DNA of 47,377 bases from Spirochaetales bacterium. Its GTDB lineage: Bacteria > Spirochaetota > Spirochaetia > DSM-27196 > Alkalispirochaetaceae. The notes under the pieces are model-generated. The model was not told the DNA's origin and ran no database searches. It saw nothing but the letters and a program-made list of their open reading frames with translations. How positions within the stretch are numbered: position 1 is the first letter of the stretch; each line of letters starts with the position of its first letter. The position numbers were made by a program, and so were the translations under genes. The stretch is taken from contig JANQHT010000158.1 of assembly GCA_028282545.1 (NCBI GenBank), forward strand, positions 1 through 47,377. The letters are read 5' to 3'. This document shows, piece after piece, positions 26,196 through 35,222 of the stretch.

Positions 26196-27544
26196 GACCG
26201 GGCCCTCCTGCGCGCCATCGTTTCCGCCTTGCCAAGACGGATCAGGTCAAGAAGGGGCCGGTTCGAGGGGCACGAAAAGCTGCAGGCACCGCACTCGATG
26301 CAGTCGAGGACACCCTCGCGCTCCACCTGGTCCCACATACCGGCGTTCACCAGTTTTTCGAGCAGGTACGGTTCCAGCCCCATGGGACACGCCGTAACGC
26401 ACCGGGAACACCTGATACACCCCCGCACGTGACCGCGATTCGCTTCCGACTCGTCAACGAAGATCACGCCGCCGGATCCCTTCGTGATGGGAACGGTAAA
26501 CCCGGTCAGCGCCTTTCCGGTCATCGGTCCCCCGAAGACGACCTTGGCGGTTCCGTCGGGAACGCCGCCTACCGCGTCGATGAGGGCCTGGACCGACGTT
26601 CCGATAGGAACGCGGAAGTTGCGCCCTTCCCGGAGACCTTTCCCCGTGACGGTTACGATGCGCTCGACAAAGGGGCGTCCCTTTTGGACGGCGTGGTACA
26701 CGGCAATCGCGGTACTCACGTTGCTCACCACGCATCCCACGTCGAGGGGGAGCTTTCCGCTTGGAACCTCTCGCCCGGTGAGCGCCTGGATGAGCTGTTT
26801 CTCACCACCCTGGGGATACTTGACCTTCAGAGCGGCAACTTCGATTCGGCCCTCCGGAAACGGTCCGGCCTCTTCAAGCGTGGTTGATAGGTGCGCGATT
26901 GCATCGGGCTTGTTGTTCTCAACGCCGACGATAGCGCGATTCACACCAAGGGCCCGCATAAGGAGGCGCGTACCGACGATGAGCTGGGGCGCCTCTTCCA
27001 GCATGAGGCGATGGTCCGCGGTGAGGTACGGCTCGCATTCGACACCGTTCACGATCAGCGTGTCCACGGAGCGCCCCTCGGGGATCGAGAACTTCACCGC
27101 GGTCGGGAATGTGGCGCCCCCGGCGCCGACGATCCCGCCGGTAGCGATCGCCTCGACGATGCCGGGGCCGTCTGCGGTGATATCGGCCGCCAACTCCGGC
27201 GAGGTGTCGATGCCGCTCTCCCACTCCTGATCGCCTGCTACGTCGATAACGATCGCAGGTCGCCGGTACCCGGAAGCGTCGGGGACGGAGTCGATCTTTT
27301 TGACCGTGCCGGCCATGGGCGCGTGAACGTTGGCGGACACGAAACCGCTCGCCCGGGCGATGAGTTGCCCCGCCCTGACCGCGGCACCCCGTTCGACAAG
27401 GGGCTCCGCGGGCTTTCCTATGTGCTGCGAAACCGAAACAAAGAGCTGCGCAGGCGGCGGAAGCGCTTCGATGGGACGCTCCGCGGTTATCTTGTTTTCC
27501 GGCGGGTGTATCCCTCCGATTGCAAAGGTCGGCAGGCGACTCAC
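26192..27544 (-). CDS. rnfC: Rnf complex subunit C (NADH-binding, 2x[4Fe-4S])
   Basis: IGGIHPPENK N-terminus and two CxxCxxCxxxCP ferredoxin motifs. GTG start overlaps the rnfB stop as GTGA. Confidence 0.9.
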   Translation of the reverse strand: MSRLPTFAIGGIHPPENKITAERPIEALPPPAQLFVSVSQHIGKPAEPLVERGAAVRAGQLIARASGFVSANVHAPMAGTVKKIDSVPDASGYRRPAIVIDVAGDQEWESGIDTSPELAADITADGPGIVEAIATGGIVGAGGATFPTAVKFSIPEGRSVDTLIVNGVECEPYLTADHRLMLEEAPQLIVGTRLLMRALGVNRAIVGVENNKPDAIAHLSTTLEEAGPFPEGRIEVAALKVKYPQGGEKQLIQALTGREVPSGKLPLDVGCVVSNVSTAIAVYHAVQKGRPFVERIVTVTGKGLREGRNFRVPIGTSVQALIDAVGGVPDGTAKVVFGGPMTGKALTGFTVPITKGSGGVIFVDESEANRGHVRGCIRCSRCVTACPMGLEPYLLEKLVNAGMWDQVEREGVLDCIECGACSFSCPSNRPLLDLIRLGKAETMARRRARS

Positions 27545-28446
27545 TGGGCGCCCCCTTTGGCCGGTGCTGCCGGTGCTGCCGGCGCGGCGGGTTTTTTCCT
27601 CGGTTTGGGCGGCGGTGGTTTGAAGCCGGCCACAATGGCGTTGGTCGGGCAGACCCCGACGCATTGGCCGCAACTGATACACTTCTCGGGGTCAATCGTG
27701 GCCAGGTTGGCATCGATCGTAATCGCCTGCACTATGTCGTCGCACACGCGCTTGCATTGTCCGCAGGCGATGCACGCAACGGAGCAGTTCTTCTTTGCGA
27801 TTGCACCGGACTCGCAGTTCCGGCAGTTCACGACCACCCGCCGATCACGACGTCCACGGGGGACGACGGCGATCAGGTTCCGCGGGCACGCGGTAACGCA
27901 GGCTCCGCAACTGGTACACCGTTCGGGATCCACCTCGGGGAGACCCGTTTCGCCGTTGATACGAATGGCGTCAAAATCGCAGGCGTCGACGCAATCACCC
28001 AGTCCAAAACAGCCAAAGGGGCACCCGCTTTCGCCGGCGTGGGTCGCGTGGGCGACGGCGCACGTGGTATGTCCGTCGTAGCGCACCTTGTGAGGCGCGG
28101 CCCCGACGGAACCGCCGCACCGTACCACCGCAGTGGTCGGGGCGCCCTCGCGTACTTCAAGGCCGAAATAGAAACCGACGGTGGTCATCGTTTCGTTGCC
28201 GCCGGGCGGACAGAAGAGGGTGGAAATGTCGCCTTCGTCGGCGGCCCCCACGAGGGCGGCAGCCATGCCGGAGCAGCCGGGAAATCCGCAGGCACCGCAG
28301 TTGATGCCGGGAAGCAGCTCTTCAACTTCCGCGACCCGCGGATCTTCTTCTACGGCGAATCGCCGGGCGATTGCGTACAGGATCGTAGCGAAAACAGCGG
28401 CCACTGCGCCGAGGGTTAACATCGAGTAGAGCACAATCGCGGTCAC
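27541..28446 (-). CDS. rnfB: Rnf complex subunit B (polyferredoxin) with a Pro/Ala/Lys-rich C-terminal tail
   Basis: N-terminal TM, CGACGFPGC motif, several CxxCxxCxxxCP clusters. C-terminus KPPPPKPRKKPAAPAAPAAPAKGG is encoded by in-frame 9-nt tandem repeats. Confidence 0.9.
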   Translation of the reverse strand: MTAIVLYSMLTLGAVAAVFATILYAIARRFAVEEDPRVAEVEELLPGINCGACGFPGCSGMAAALVGAADEGDISTLFCPPGGNETMTTVGFYFGLEVREGAPTTAVVRCGGSVGAAPHKVRYDGHTTCAVAHATHAGESGCPFGCFGLGDCVDACDFDAIRINGETGLPEVDPERCTSCGACVTACPRNLIAVVPRGRRDRRVVVNCRNCESGAIAKKNCSVACIACGQCKRVCDDIVQAITIDANLATIDPEKCISCGQCVGVCPTNAIVAGFKPPPPKPRKKPAAPAAPAAPAKGGAQ

Positions 28447-28889
28447 ATCGCACCGTCCTTTTGCATTGGAACTGCCCGCATTTCGATGATTCGCTCAAAA
28501 AACGCGCGAGCCACGTAGAGAGTGCCGTAGTAGGGGGCCAGTACTCCCCACGCGGCAAGCCCGGCAAACGCCTCGCGCTCAACGAAGGGGAGCGTGGCAA
28601 AAAGCGTTGCTACCACGAGCAGAAGCGGCGCCACATAGCCCAGGAACACGCCAAACCGTGCCTTGGAGAGGTCCAATTCAATGAGAACCGATTGACCGGT
28701 CGCAACGGTCGAATCCACCCGGGCGCGGACGCGTCGGGTAGTACCGGAACCGGGTGCGCAGACGCCCCGCAACGTGCAGGAGCCGCACGCCGATTGTTGT
28801 TGCACATCTATGTACGCGTAGTTACCGCGGATCGCCGCGACGGTTCCTGACTGGGAGACGACCCGACACTGCGTTGCACTCTGAGTCAC
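28443..28889 (-). CDS. rseC: RseC/MucC-family (SoxR-reducing system) protein, first gene of the rnf operon
   Basis: Cys-rich N-terminal domain (QCRVVSQSG...ACGSCTLRGVCAP) followed by two TM helices. GTG at 28889 sits just downstream of the promoter. Confidence 0.65.
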   Translation of the reverse strand: MTQSATQCRVVSQSGTVAAIRGNYAYIDVQQQSACGSCTLRGVCAPGSGTTRRVRARVDSTVATGQSVLIELDLSKARFGVFLGYVAPLLLVVATLFATLPFVEREAFAGLAAWGVLAPYYGTLYVARAFFERIIEMRAVPMQKDGAM

Positions 28890-28919
28890 GAATAAAGCCC
28901 TGTGGGTATTTGTTGCGTC

Positions 28920-28948
28920 ATTATATCTCTCGTATTTCCTTTTTGCAA
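28920..28948 (-). promoter_or_regulatory. Near-consensus sigma70 promoter TTGCAA-17-TATAAT driving rseC-rnfBCDGEA
   Basis: On the minus strand: TTGCAA (28943-28948), 17-nt spacer, TATAAT (28920-25). Lies in the only AT-rich patch, ~30 nt upstream of the rseC GTG. Confidence 0.55.
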
Positions 28949-29261
28949 CGAAAAGAAAACCGGAGATGGAGATCATCGCCGGCGAGATCGGTTTCGTTCT
29001 CCGAGAGATCAATAGCCTCCTCCGGGATGTGCGTCGCTGGAGCCGGTCTCGTCGCGTCGGTACACCCTTTCTCATGGGTCTCGGACGGAGCCGAATCGTG
29101 CGTGAACCCTGGAACCACCCCGTGCAGCTCTCACTCGTAACCGTTGAAGGCGCACCGGCGGCGGACCCTCGCGTATCCACCGTACGGCAAAGGGCTGCTC
29201 GCGGCTCTCCGCGCGGTGTTGCTGCGATGACACACCGGAACGCGACGGCTATACTCCCCGC

Positions 29262-30140
29262 GTGAAAACGCAGCTCATACGGGCGCTGTTCAACGGCGCC
29301 AAAGGCGCGGCGATCGGGGCCGCCAACACCGTTCCGGGCGTGAGCGGTGGAACGATCGCCGTCATCACCGGGATCTACGACGACCTCATCGCCGCGGTGG
29401 GGCGCTTGTTCAGCCGCGAATGGCGACGCCACCTATCGTTCCTGCTTCCGGTCCTAGCGGGGATCGTCGTCGGGGCCGTGCTCTTCGCGGGGTTCATTGA
29501 ATTCGGTTTGGAACGCTATCCGGAACAGACGGCGTTTCTTTTCATCGGGCTTATCCTGGGCAGCGTCCCCGTCGTCTCCGCTCAGGTGCGGGGCGAACGG
29601 GCGCGACCGGTACATATTGTGGCTGCCCTGGCTGCGTCGGCGCTGCTGGTGGCACAGGCGCTAATGGGCGAACCGGGGTTTCGCGAGCCTATCGGCGCCG
29701 TTTCGGGAGCGACCGTGGCGCCGCTCCTCATGGCGGGCGTAATCGCCGCCGCGACGATGGTCGTCCCGGGCGTAAGCGGCGGTTTTGTGCTTGTCCTGAG
29801 CGGGATGTACACGACGGTTCTCCAGGCCGTCACCACTCGAAACGTGCCCATGCTGCTTGTCCTGGCGGTGGGCGCGGCGATCGGAATCATCCTCGTGGCG
29901 CGGCTCATGGATATGCTCCTCAGGCGGGCACGGACGATTACCTACTGGATCATCCTGGGACTGGTGGTCGGGTCGGTGGCCGGCGTCTGGCCCGGCGTAG
30001 CGTCGGTACGTTCCGCGGCGTTCGATGTTCTTGCCGTTGCAGTTGGCGCGGCGGCGGCCCTTCTCCTTGGAAAACGCACGCCCCGCCGCGAGGCGCCACC
30101 GGGAGACCGATCCCGGACATCACCCGGCGACGGTGTGTAA
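29262..30140 (+). CDS. DUF368-family polytopic membrane protein (family recently linked to undecaprenyl-phosphate recycling)
   Basis: Duplicated PGVSGGT/PGVSGGF motifs characteristic of DUF368. ~8 TMs. Confidence 0.75.
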   Translation: MKTQLIRALFNGAKGAAIGAANTVPGVSGGTIAVITGIYDDLIAAVGRLFSREWRRHLSFLLPVLAGIVVGAVLFAGFIEFGLERYPEQTAFLFIGLILGSVPVVSAQVRGERARPVHIVAALAASALLVAQALMGEPGFREPIGAVSGATVAPLLMAGVIAAATMVVPGVSGGFVLVLSGMYTTVLQAVTTRNVPMLLVLAVGAAIGIILVARLMDMLLRRARTITYWIILGLVVGSVAGVWPGVASVRSAAFDVLAVAVGAAAALLLGKRTPRREAPPGDRSRTSPGDGV

Positions 30141-30875
30141 CAGGTCCGAAGCCGCTTCCAGAGCCGGGCGCGGTATCTCGTGCCCGCCACGAAAGGAGAC
30201 AAACGTAACGGGAAAACCGGCCCGTTTCAGGGTGTCCCGGAGCGCTCCACCCTCCGCAAAGGGTAAAACCGTATCCGATGTTCCGTGGCTCTGAACGACC
30301 TGTGGCAGCCGGGCGGCGCCGAGGACGGCACCGCCGGCACCTGCGCCCCCATTTCCGGCGGGGACTAAGCGTTCGGCAAAAACCTCGCGCCACCACGCCT
30401 CGGCGATGAGCGCCCCGGAGAAGAGCAGCAGCGCCGCCGGGAGCGCTCGCCCGGCAACGATGCGTTGACGCACAAACTCGACGGCCACCATCGATCCCTG
30501 GCTGAACCCCCCGAGGATCACGGATCCGGGATCGAGGCCTTGTGCATCGAGGAGTTCACCGATCTCCCGGGCGGACTCGGATAGGCCCGCCGGTTCCATG
30601 GTGCGGAGGTTGCGAAAGTAGCTTCCGTAGAGCGCCGGCTCCAGTTCATCGTCGCTTCGCGGAAACCACGCGGATCCGTAGGTCATGCCGTGAACGCGGA
30701 TCGGGTACGGTGCTCCTGGAAAGAGCCAGCGCCTGAAAACGCCCAGTTCACCCGCCAACGGAACGAGGTCCTGCATCGACGCACCAAACCCGTGGAGAAG
30801 GACAACCGTGTAGCGTTCATCCAGCGCCTCGGGAGAATCGGCGCCGAGGTCGATGGAAACGGCCCGAAGCGCCAT
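30120..30875 (-). CDS. Alpha/beta hydrolase, phospholipase/carboxylesterase family
   Basis: Nucleophile elbow GFSQG, HG oxyanion motif (VVLLHGFG) and C-terminal catalytic His (GGHEI). Confidence 0.8.
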   Translation of the reverse strand: MALRAVSIDLGADSPEALDERYTVVLLHGFGASMQDLVPLAGELGVFRRWLFPGAPYPIRVHGMTYGSAWFPRSDDELEPALYGSYFRNLRTMEPAGLSESAREIGELLDAQGLDPGSVILGGFSQGSMVAVEFVRQRIVAGRALPAALLLFSGALIAEAWWREVFAERLVPAGNGGAGAGGAVLGAARLPQVVQSHGTSDTVLPFAEGGALRDTLKRAGFPVTFVSFRGGHEIPRPALEAASDLLHTVAG

Positions 30876-31652
30876 CTACTCCCCTTCGCGCCCTTTGTTG
30901 GCGGCCGGCCGCTGCTCGCGGTCGGGGCGTTCCGTTCGGAGAAGCATGCCGCGATCGGTGAACAACGCCTCGAGACGTTCAAAGACATCTTGGACCCGCG
31001 CCTCGTCGCTTCCGGTCACGGTTACGCGGCTGTGATACTCGTAGCTCCCCATCACGGGGTAGCTCCCAACGGACACCTCGGGGTAGTCCACCTGAAGTTC
31101 GTCCAGCGCATCGGCGAACTCCCCCTCGTCGGCGGAGAGGTAGAGAGAACCGTTGGCAGGGCGTGTACGTTCGGGAAGCATCTCCGTGATTCGGTCGATC
31201 TTGTCACGGAGAGCCCGGGGCAGTCCCGGGAGCAGGTAGACGTTCTGGTACTTGATTACCGGCCAACGCCGGTTGCGACAGCCCATGACGTTCGTTCCCG
31301 GTGGAAGCTGCGCCATCTTCGCCACCATGGGCGTCAGGGGCGTCTCGTACCGTTCCTCCAGGAACGCTCGCATCTCACTCTGTTCCACCAAGTCTACGCC
31401 AAAGGCAACCCCCACAGCCTCGGCGGTGATGTCGTCGTGGGTGGGGCCGATACCGCCGGAACAGATAACAAACTCGTACCGCGAAGACAGTTCACGAACC
31501 GCTTTGGAAATCGCTTCAACGGTGTCGCGGACGATTCGGACCTCACCGGCGGGGTAGCCGATCCGGCCAAGGCGGCTGAGGATGACGTAGGCGTTTTCAT
31601 CGCGTACGCCGGCGTTGAGTATCTCGTCCCCTATGAGCAGCACCGCAATCAC
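30876..31652 (-). CDS. CinA N-terminal-like molybdopterin-binding (MoCF-biosynthesis) domain protein, lacking the PncC deamidase domain
   Basis: IAVLLIGDEILNAGVRDENA...ICSGGIGPTHDDIT. GTG start at 31652; the long ORF nominally extends to 31805. Confidence 0.65.
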   Translation of the reverse strand: MIAVLLIGDEILNAGVRDENAYVILSRLGRIGYPAGEVRIVRDTVEAISKAVRELSSRYEFVICSGGIGPTHDDITAEAVGVAFGVDLVEQSEMRAFLEERYETPLTPMVAKMAQLPPGTNVMGCRNRRWPVIKYQNVYLLPGLPRALRDKIDRITEMLPERTRPANGSLYLSADEGEFADALDELQVDYPEVSVGSYPVMGSYEYHSRVTVTGSDEARVQDVFERLEALFTDRGMLLRTERPDREQRPAANKGREGE

Positions 31653-31680
31653 GCGTGGAGTATAGCGACACAACAACCCT

Positions 31681-31709
31681 TTGCACCAGAAGCCGCGACG
31701 TACTACGAT
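31681..31709 (+). promoter_or_regulatory. sigma70-like promoter TTGCAC-17-TACGAT upstream of the MBL/cNMP gene
   Basis: TTGCAC at 31681-86, 17-nt spacer, TACGAT at 31704-09. GTG start at 31727 with a GGGAG SD. Confidence 0.4.
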
Positions 31710-31726
31710 GAACTGGGAGTGGTGCA

Positions 31727-33913
31727 GTGAAAAAGTCAAGGATAGCCAACGGGGTCTTCTGGATCGAAGAGCCGGAAGCGGACTTGCGCATGCTCTGCGG
31801 CGCACCCGCCGACGTCGTCAAGCACCTTATGCGCGGCGGATACATAACCGGAGCGGAGAAAAACGGTGTCGTCTTCGAGACGGGGCCGAACGCGATCCTG
31901 CTCTCCGACGTGAGTATTCAGAACGGCGAATTCTCGAACCTGGCGGAGTTCCCGGTACTCCAGATGCTCTACCGGCAGGGATTGATCATCCCAAATCATC
32001 CAAACAACACCGGTCGCAAACCGCTGATAATCGGGGCGGAAGACCAGGTCCAGGCTCAGCGCGACTACATCTACCGCGGCAACTACGGTCTCGTATCAAC
32101 GGAAGAACTCGTGGCAGCGGGCGTTCCGAAGAAACGCGCCGCGGAGCTGATGCGGATCAAAACGCATTTCGCCTTTGGCCGGATTCGAGACCCGGAGGAA
32201 CTGATCGATTTCCGAATCGTTAGGAACGAGCCGGTGGAAGTGTTCCCCGGTGTCGACATCGAACGCGTTGCGATCAACACCTACCGGATCAGTACACAAA
32301 CCGATTACGTCGAAGTCAGCCTCACGATTGACCGGAACTCGTCGTACGAACCCCCGTATCAGCTCGGTCAGAACAAGATCAAATCGGAGTACTTCTCGAT
32401 TGTCCACACCGGAGAGGGCGACGGCTGGGATATCCACCGGCCGTGCATGGCCAGCATTGTAGTCTTCCAGGGACGCGTGTACCTGATCGACGCGGGGCCC
32501 AGTGTACACCACACGTTGAACGCTCTCGGTATCAGCGTGAACGAGATCGCCGGCATCTTTCACACCCACGCCCACGATGACCATTTCGCCGGGCTCACAT
32601 CGCTCGTTCGCGCCGACCACAAATTGGCCTACTACGCCACGCCGATGGTACGCGCCTCGGTGATGAAGAAGCTCTCAGCCCTGATGTCCTTCCCCGAGGA
32701 ACAGTTCAAGAAGTTCTTCGATACCCACGACCTCGTGGAAGGCGAGTGGAATATGATCGACGGCCTCGAGGTCCGCCCCGTCTACTCACCCCACCCGGTG
32801 GAAACGACGATCATGTTCTTCCGCGCACTGTGGGAAAACGACTATAAAACGTACGCGCATTTTGCAGACATCACCTCCTTCGAGGTCCTCGATACGGTGA
32901 TGACCGGGAAGAACGACGTATCGCGAAAACTCAAGGATGAGATCGTCGCCAACTACCTGACGCCGGTGGACGTAAAAAAACTTGACATCGGCGGCGGGAT
33001 GATCCACGGGCGAGCCGAGGACTTTCGCGATGACACCTCGGGAAGAATCGTTCTGAGTCACAAGGCCACGGCGCTCACGCTCGCTGAGAAGGAGATCGGC
33101 GCCAACTCGTCCTTCGGCATGCGCGACGTCCTGATCCCCACCAGTGTCGGCGCGGTGGCCCTCTCCGGACTGGAGATCCTGCAAAAGCACTTTCCGATGG
33201 TGCCGGATCACGAACTGCTGATGCTGTCCAACTGCCCGGCGCGAACGCACAGCGTCGGTACGATCCTCGTCAAAAAGGGCGAGGTGAACCGGTCCGTGCT
33301 CCTCCTCCTGAACGGCCTGGCCGACGTAATCGACACAGAACGGGGCGTAAACAACACGATGACCGCCGGCGCGTTTCTGGGAGAGATGAGCGGGCTTCTC
33401 GCACAAGAGTCACCGCGAACGTACCGCGCGGCGAGTTTTGTCAACGTGCTTGAAATCCCGGCCGGGATGTTCCTGGAGTTCATCGAACGCAACGGTATGG
33501 GGGACTTGATGGGACGGTTCCTCGAAGCAAAACACTTCCTCGAAGGTACGGAACTGCTGGGCGATCGGATCGCCGGTGACAAGCTCACCAATATCGTCCA
33601 AACTGTAACGGAAAGGACGATCAAGAGGGGCGAACGACTCAAGGTGACCAACCAGCTCCTCTTTGTCGTGGACGGTGCGGTCTCGGTGGTGTGCGGCGAG
33701 AAAGAGATCGAAGAGGCGGGGCCCTTCGACGTGATCGGGGAAGAGTGCGTCCTCAATCTGGACCAGTGTAACCATACGTTCCGGGCAACCCGTACGACCC
33801 GCGTATACGCCATTCCGGTGGCCGAACTCGCTGATATTCCGATCGTACGGTGGAAGCTACTCGAGCATTTCAACCGAAGGAGACGCCTATGCAACGCCAT
33901 CTACCAAGCCTAG
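31727..33913 (+). CDS. Multidomain protein: ~230-aa unknown N-terminal domain + metallo-beta-lactamase-fold hydrolase (class-II cNMP-phosphodiesterase-like HxHxDH signature) + two tandem cNMP-binding domains
   Basis: MBL core VYLIDAGPS ... FHTHAHDDHFAGLTSLV ... SPHPVE. Two C-terminal CAP-effector folds: LLLLNGLADVI...GEMSGLL and LLFVVDGAVSVV...IGEECVL. Confidence 0.75.
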   Translation: MKKSRIANGVFWIEEPEADLRMLCGAPADVVKHLMRGGYITGAEKNGVVFETGPNAILLSDVSIQNGEFSNLAEFPVLQMLYRQGLIIPNHPNNTGRKPLIIGAEDQVQAQRDYIYRGNYGLVSTEELVAAGVPKKRAAELMRIKTHFAFGRIRDPEELIDFRIVRNEPVEVFPGVDIERVAINTYRISTQTDYVEVSLTIDRNSSYEPPYQLGQNKIKSEYFSIVHTGEGDGWDIHRPCMASIVVFQGRVYLIDAGPSVHHTLNALGISVNEIAGIFHTHAHDDHFAGLTSLVRADHKLAYYATPMVRASVMKKLSALMSFPEEQFKKFFDTHDLVEGEWNMIDGLEVRPVYSPHPVETTIMFFRALWENDYKTYAHFADITSFEVLDTVMTGKNDVSRKLKDEIVANYLTPVDVKKLDIGGGMIHGRAEDFRDDTSGRIVLSHKATALTLAEKEIGANSSFGMRDVLIPTSVGAVALSGLEILQKHFPMVPDHELLMLSNCPARTHSVGTILVKKGEVNRSVLLLLNGLADVIDTERGVNNTMTAGAFLGEMSGLLAQESPRTYRAASFVNVLEIPAGMFLEFIERNGMGDLMGRFLEAKHFLEGTELLGDRIAGDKLTNIVQTVTERTIKRGERLKVTNQLLFVVDGAVSVVCGEKEIEEAGPFDVIGEECVLNLDQCNHTFRATRTTRVYAIPVAELADIPIVRWKLLEHFNRRRRLCNAIYQA

Positions 33914-34452
33914 GGAGCTACTCGCTCTTTCCGTTCCAAGGAACGAGCCCTCAGGTCCACGAAACTGCCTTTATCGCGCCCGGCGCCCAGGTCATGGGCG
34001 ATGTGATCCTCCACGCCCACGTAGGCATCTGGTACAACTGCGTCCTTCGCGGAGACATCAACACGATCGAAGTCGGCGAGCAATCGAACATTCAGGATGG
34101 AACGGTTCTCCACACGGCGACGGGCCCCGACTTCTCCCTGCGGATCGGAGCGCGCGTAACGGTCGGACACGGAGCGTGCGTACACGCGTGCCTCGTCGAA
34201 GATGAGGTGCTGGTGGGCATCGGCTCCACGATCCTGGACGGGGCGATCATCCGTTCCCACTCGATCGTCGCCGCCGGAGCCCTTGTTCCGCCCCGGATGG
34301 AGGTCCCTTCGGGCGTCCTTGTCGCCGGCGTACCGGCCAAAATTCTCCGCGATCTCAAGGAATCGGAGATCGAAAACTTGGCGCCGCACGCAGAGCGGTA
34401 CGTTCAGCACGCCCGGGAACACCGCGAAGCGATCCAAGCCGCGATGCCCTAG
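33889..34452 (+). CDS. Gamma-carbonic-anhydrase / hexapeptide-repeat (PaaY/YrdA-like) family protein
   Basis: Left-handed beta-helix hexapeptide repeats with conserved His pattern (...VLHAHVGIWYNCVLRGD...IGARVTVGHGACVHAC...). Confidence 0.75.
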   Translation: MQRHLPSLGSYSLFPFQGTSPQVHETAFIAPGAQVMGDVILHAHVGIWYNCVLRGDINTIEVGEQSNIQDGTVLHTATGPDFSLRIGARVTVGHGACVHACLVEDEVLVGIGSTILDGAIIRSHSIVAAGALVPPRMEVPSGVLVAGVPAKILRDLKESEIENLAPHAERYVQHAREHREAIQAAMP

Positions 34453-34476
34453 TGTCACAGCGCGCCGGGTACGCCG

Positions 34477-35202
34477 TCAGCGAAAACAGACGATAACCTG
34501 CGTCCCCGAGTCGCTCCGGAACGGCGACCGGTCGTACCACCCCCAGTGGCCCAGTACCTGGAAACCCGCGGCCGTCACGATTTCGTCAATCTCCCGCGGA
34601 CGAAAAAGCCTCATTACGAACTCCGCGGTCGAGCCGTCGTCAAAGAACCACGTCACCTCCGCCATGCGCGTCGTCCGGTCGTAGCGGACGCGTTCTGCGG
34701 TGCCGGCCGGTGGGTTCCATCCCGCCGAACCCGTCACGGGGTAGAGCGCTTCCGGGTCGCGATCCGTCCAGTCCGGCGTTGGATTGTGAATTGAGAACGC
34801 GAGCACACCCTTTGGACGTAGCGAGCATCGTACGTTCTCAAGGGTGGAAGCGATCAAGCCCGACCCCGTGATATGGGAAAGAGTGTGGAGAGGAATGAAG
34901 ATCGCGGCAAAGGCACCGGGCCGGACAAAGCGCGTCATGTCCGCGACAAAAAAGCGATCGACCGCGGCGGCGCCGAGACGCCTCTGCGCCTTGCTCCGGG
35001 CCGCATCGATCATCACCGGCGAGATATCGATCCCCACGTAGTCGATGCCTTCTCTTAGGAGCGGTATCCCTACACGACCGGTACCGCAGGCGAGTTCACA
35101 CACGGGTCCGTCCGCTTCAAGCGCGGTTTCCACGTAGAAGGGAATGTCCTCGGAAAACGATCCGTATACGGCATCGTACCGCGTTGCATCCTCGTAGAAC
35201 AC
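34477..35202 (-). CDS. Class I SAM-dependent methyltransferase
   Basis: SAM motif I VCELACGTGRVGIPL and motif II VGIDISPVM. GTG start. Confidence 0.75.
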   Translation of the reverse strand: MFYEDATRYDAVYGSFSEDIPFYVETALEADGPVCELACGTGRVGIPLLREGIDYVGIDISPVMIDAARSKAQRRLGAAAVDRFFVADMTRFVRPGAFAAIFIPLHTLSHITGSGLIASTLENVRCSLRPKGVLAFSIHNPTPDWTDRDPEALYPVTGSAGWNPPAGTAERVRYDRTTRMAEVTWFFDDGSTAEFVMRLFRPREIDEIVTAAGFQVLGHWGWYDRSPFRSDSGTQVIVCFR

Positions 35203-35222
35203 TCATGATATAGTAGCCGAAC

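Noticed and set aside
27561-27595. Tandem 9-nt repeats (gccggtgct...) that could suggest a micro-array
   Set aside because: They are in-frame coding repeats giving the PAAPAAPAAP tail of RnfB. There is no spacer/repeat architecture of a CRISPR.
26484-28081. 248-aa and 396-aa plus-strand ORFs antisense to rnfC/rnfB
   Set aside because: Antisense to highly conserved Rnf subunits. Compositionally biased, with no motifs.
28966-29265. 99-aa plus-strand ORF in the rseC/DUF368 divergent region
   Set aside because: Arg-rich, no SD, overlaps the mapped rnf promoter on the other strand. More likely non-coding leader/regulatory DNA.
28890-29432. N-terminal ~180-aa extension of the 329-aa ORF that ends as RseC
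   Set aside because: A near-consensus promoter (TTGCAA-17-TATAAT) lies inside the putative extension. The RseC family is ~140 aa. The extension translation is low-complexity.
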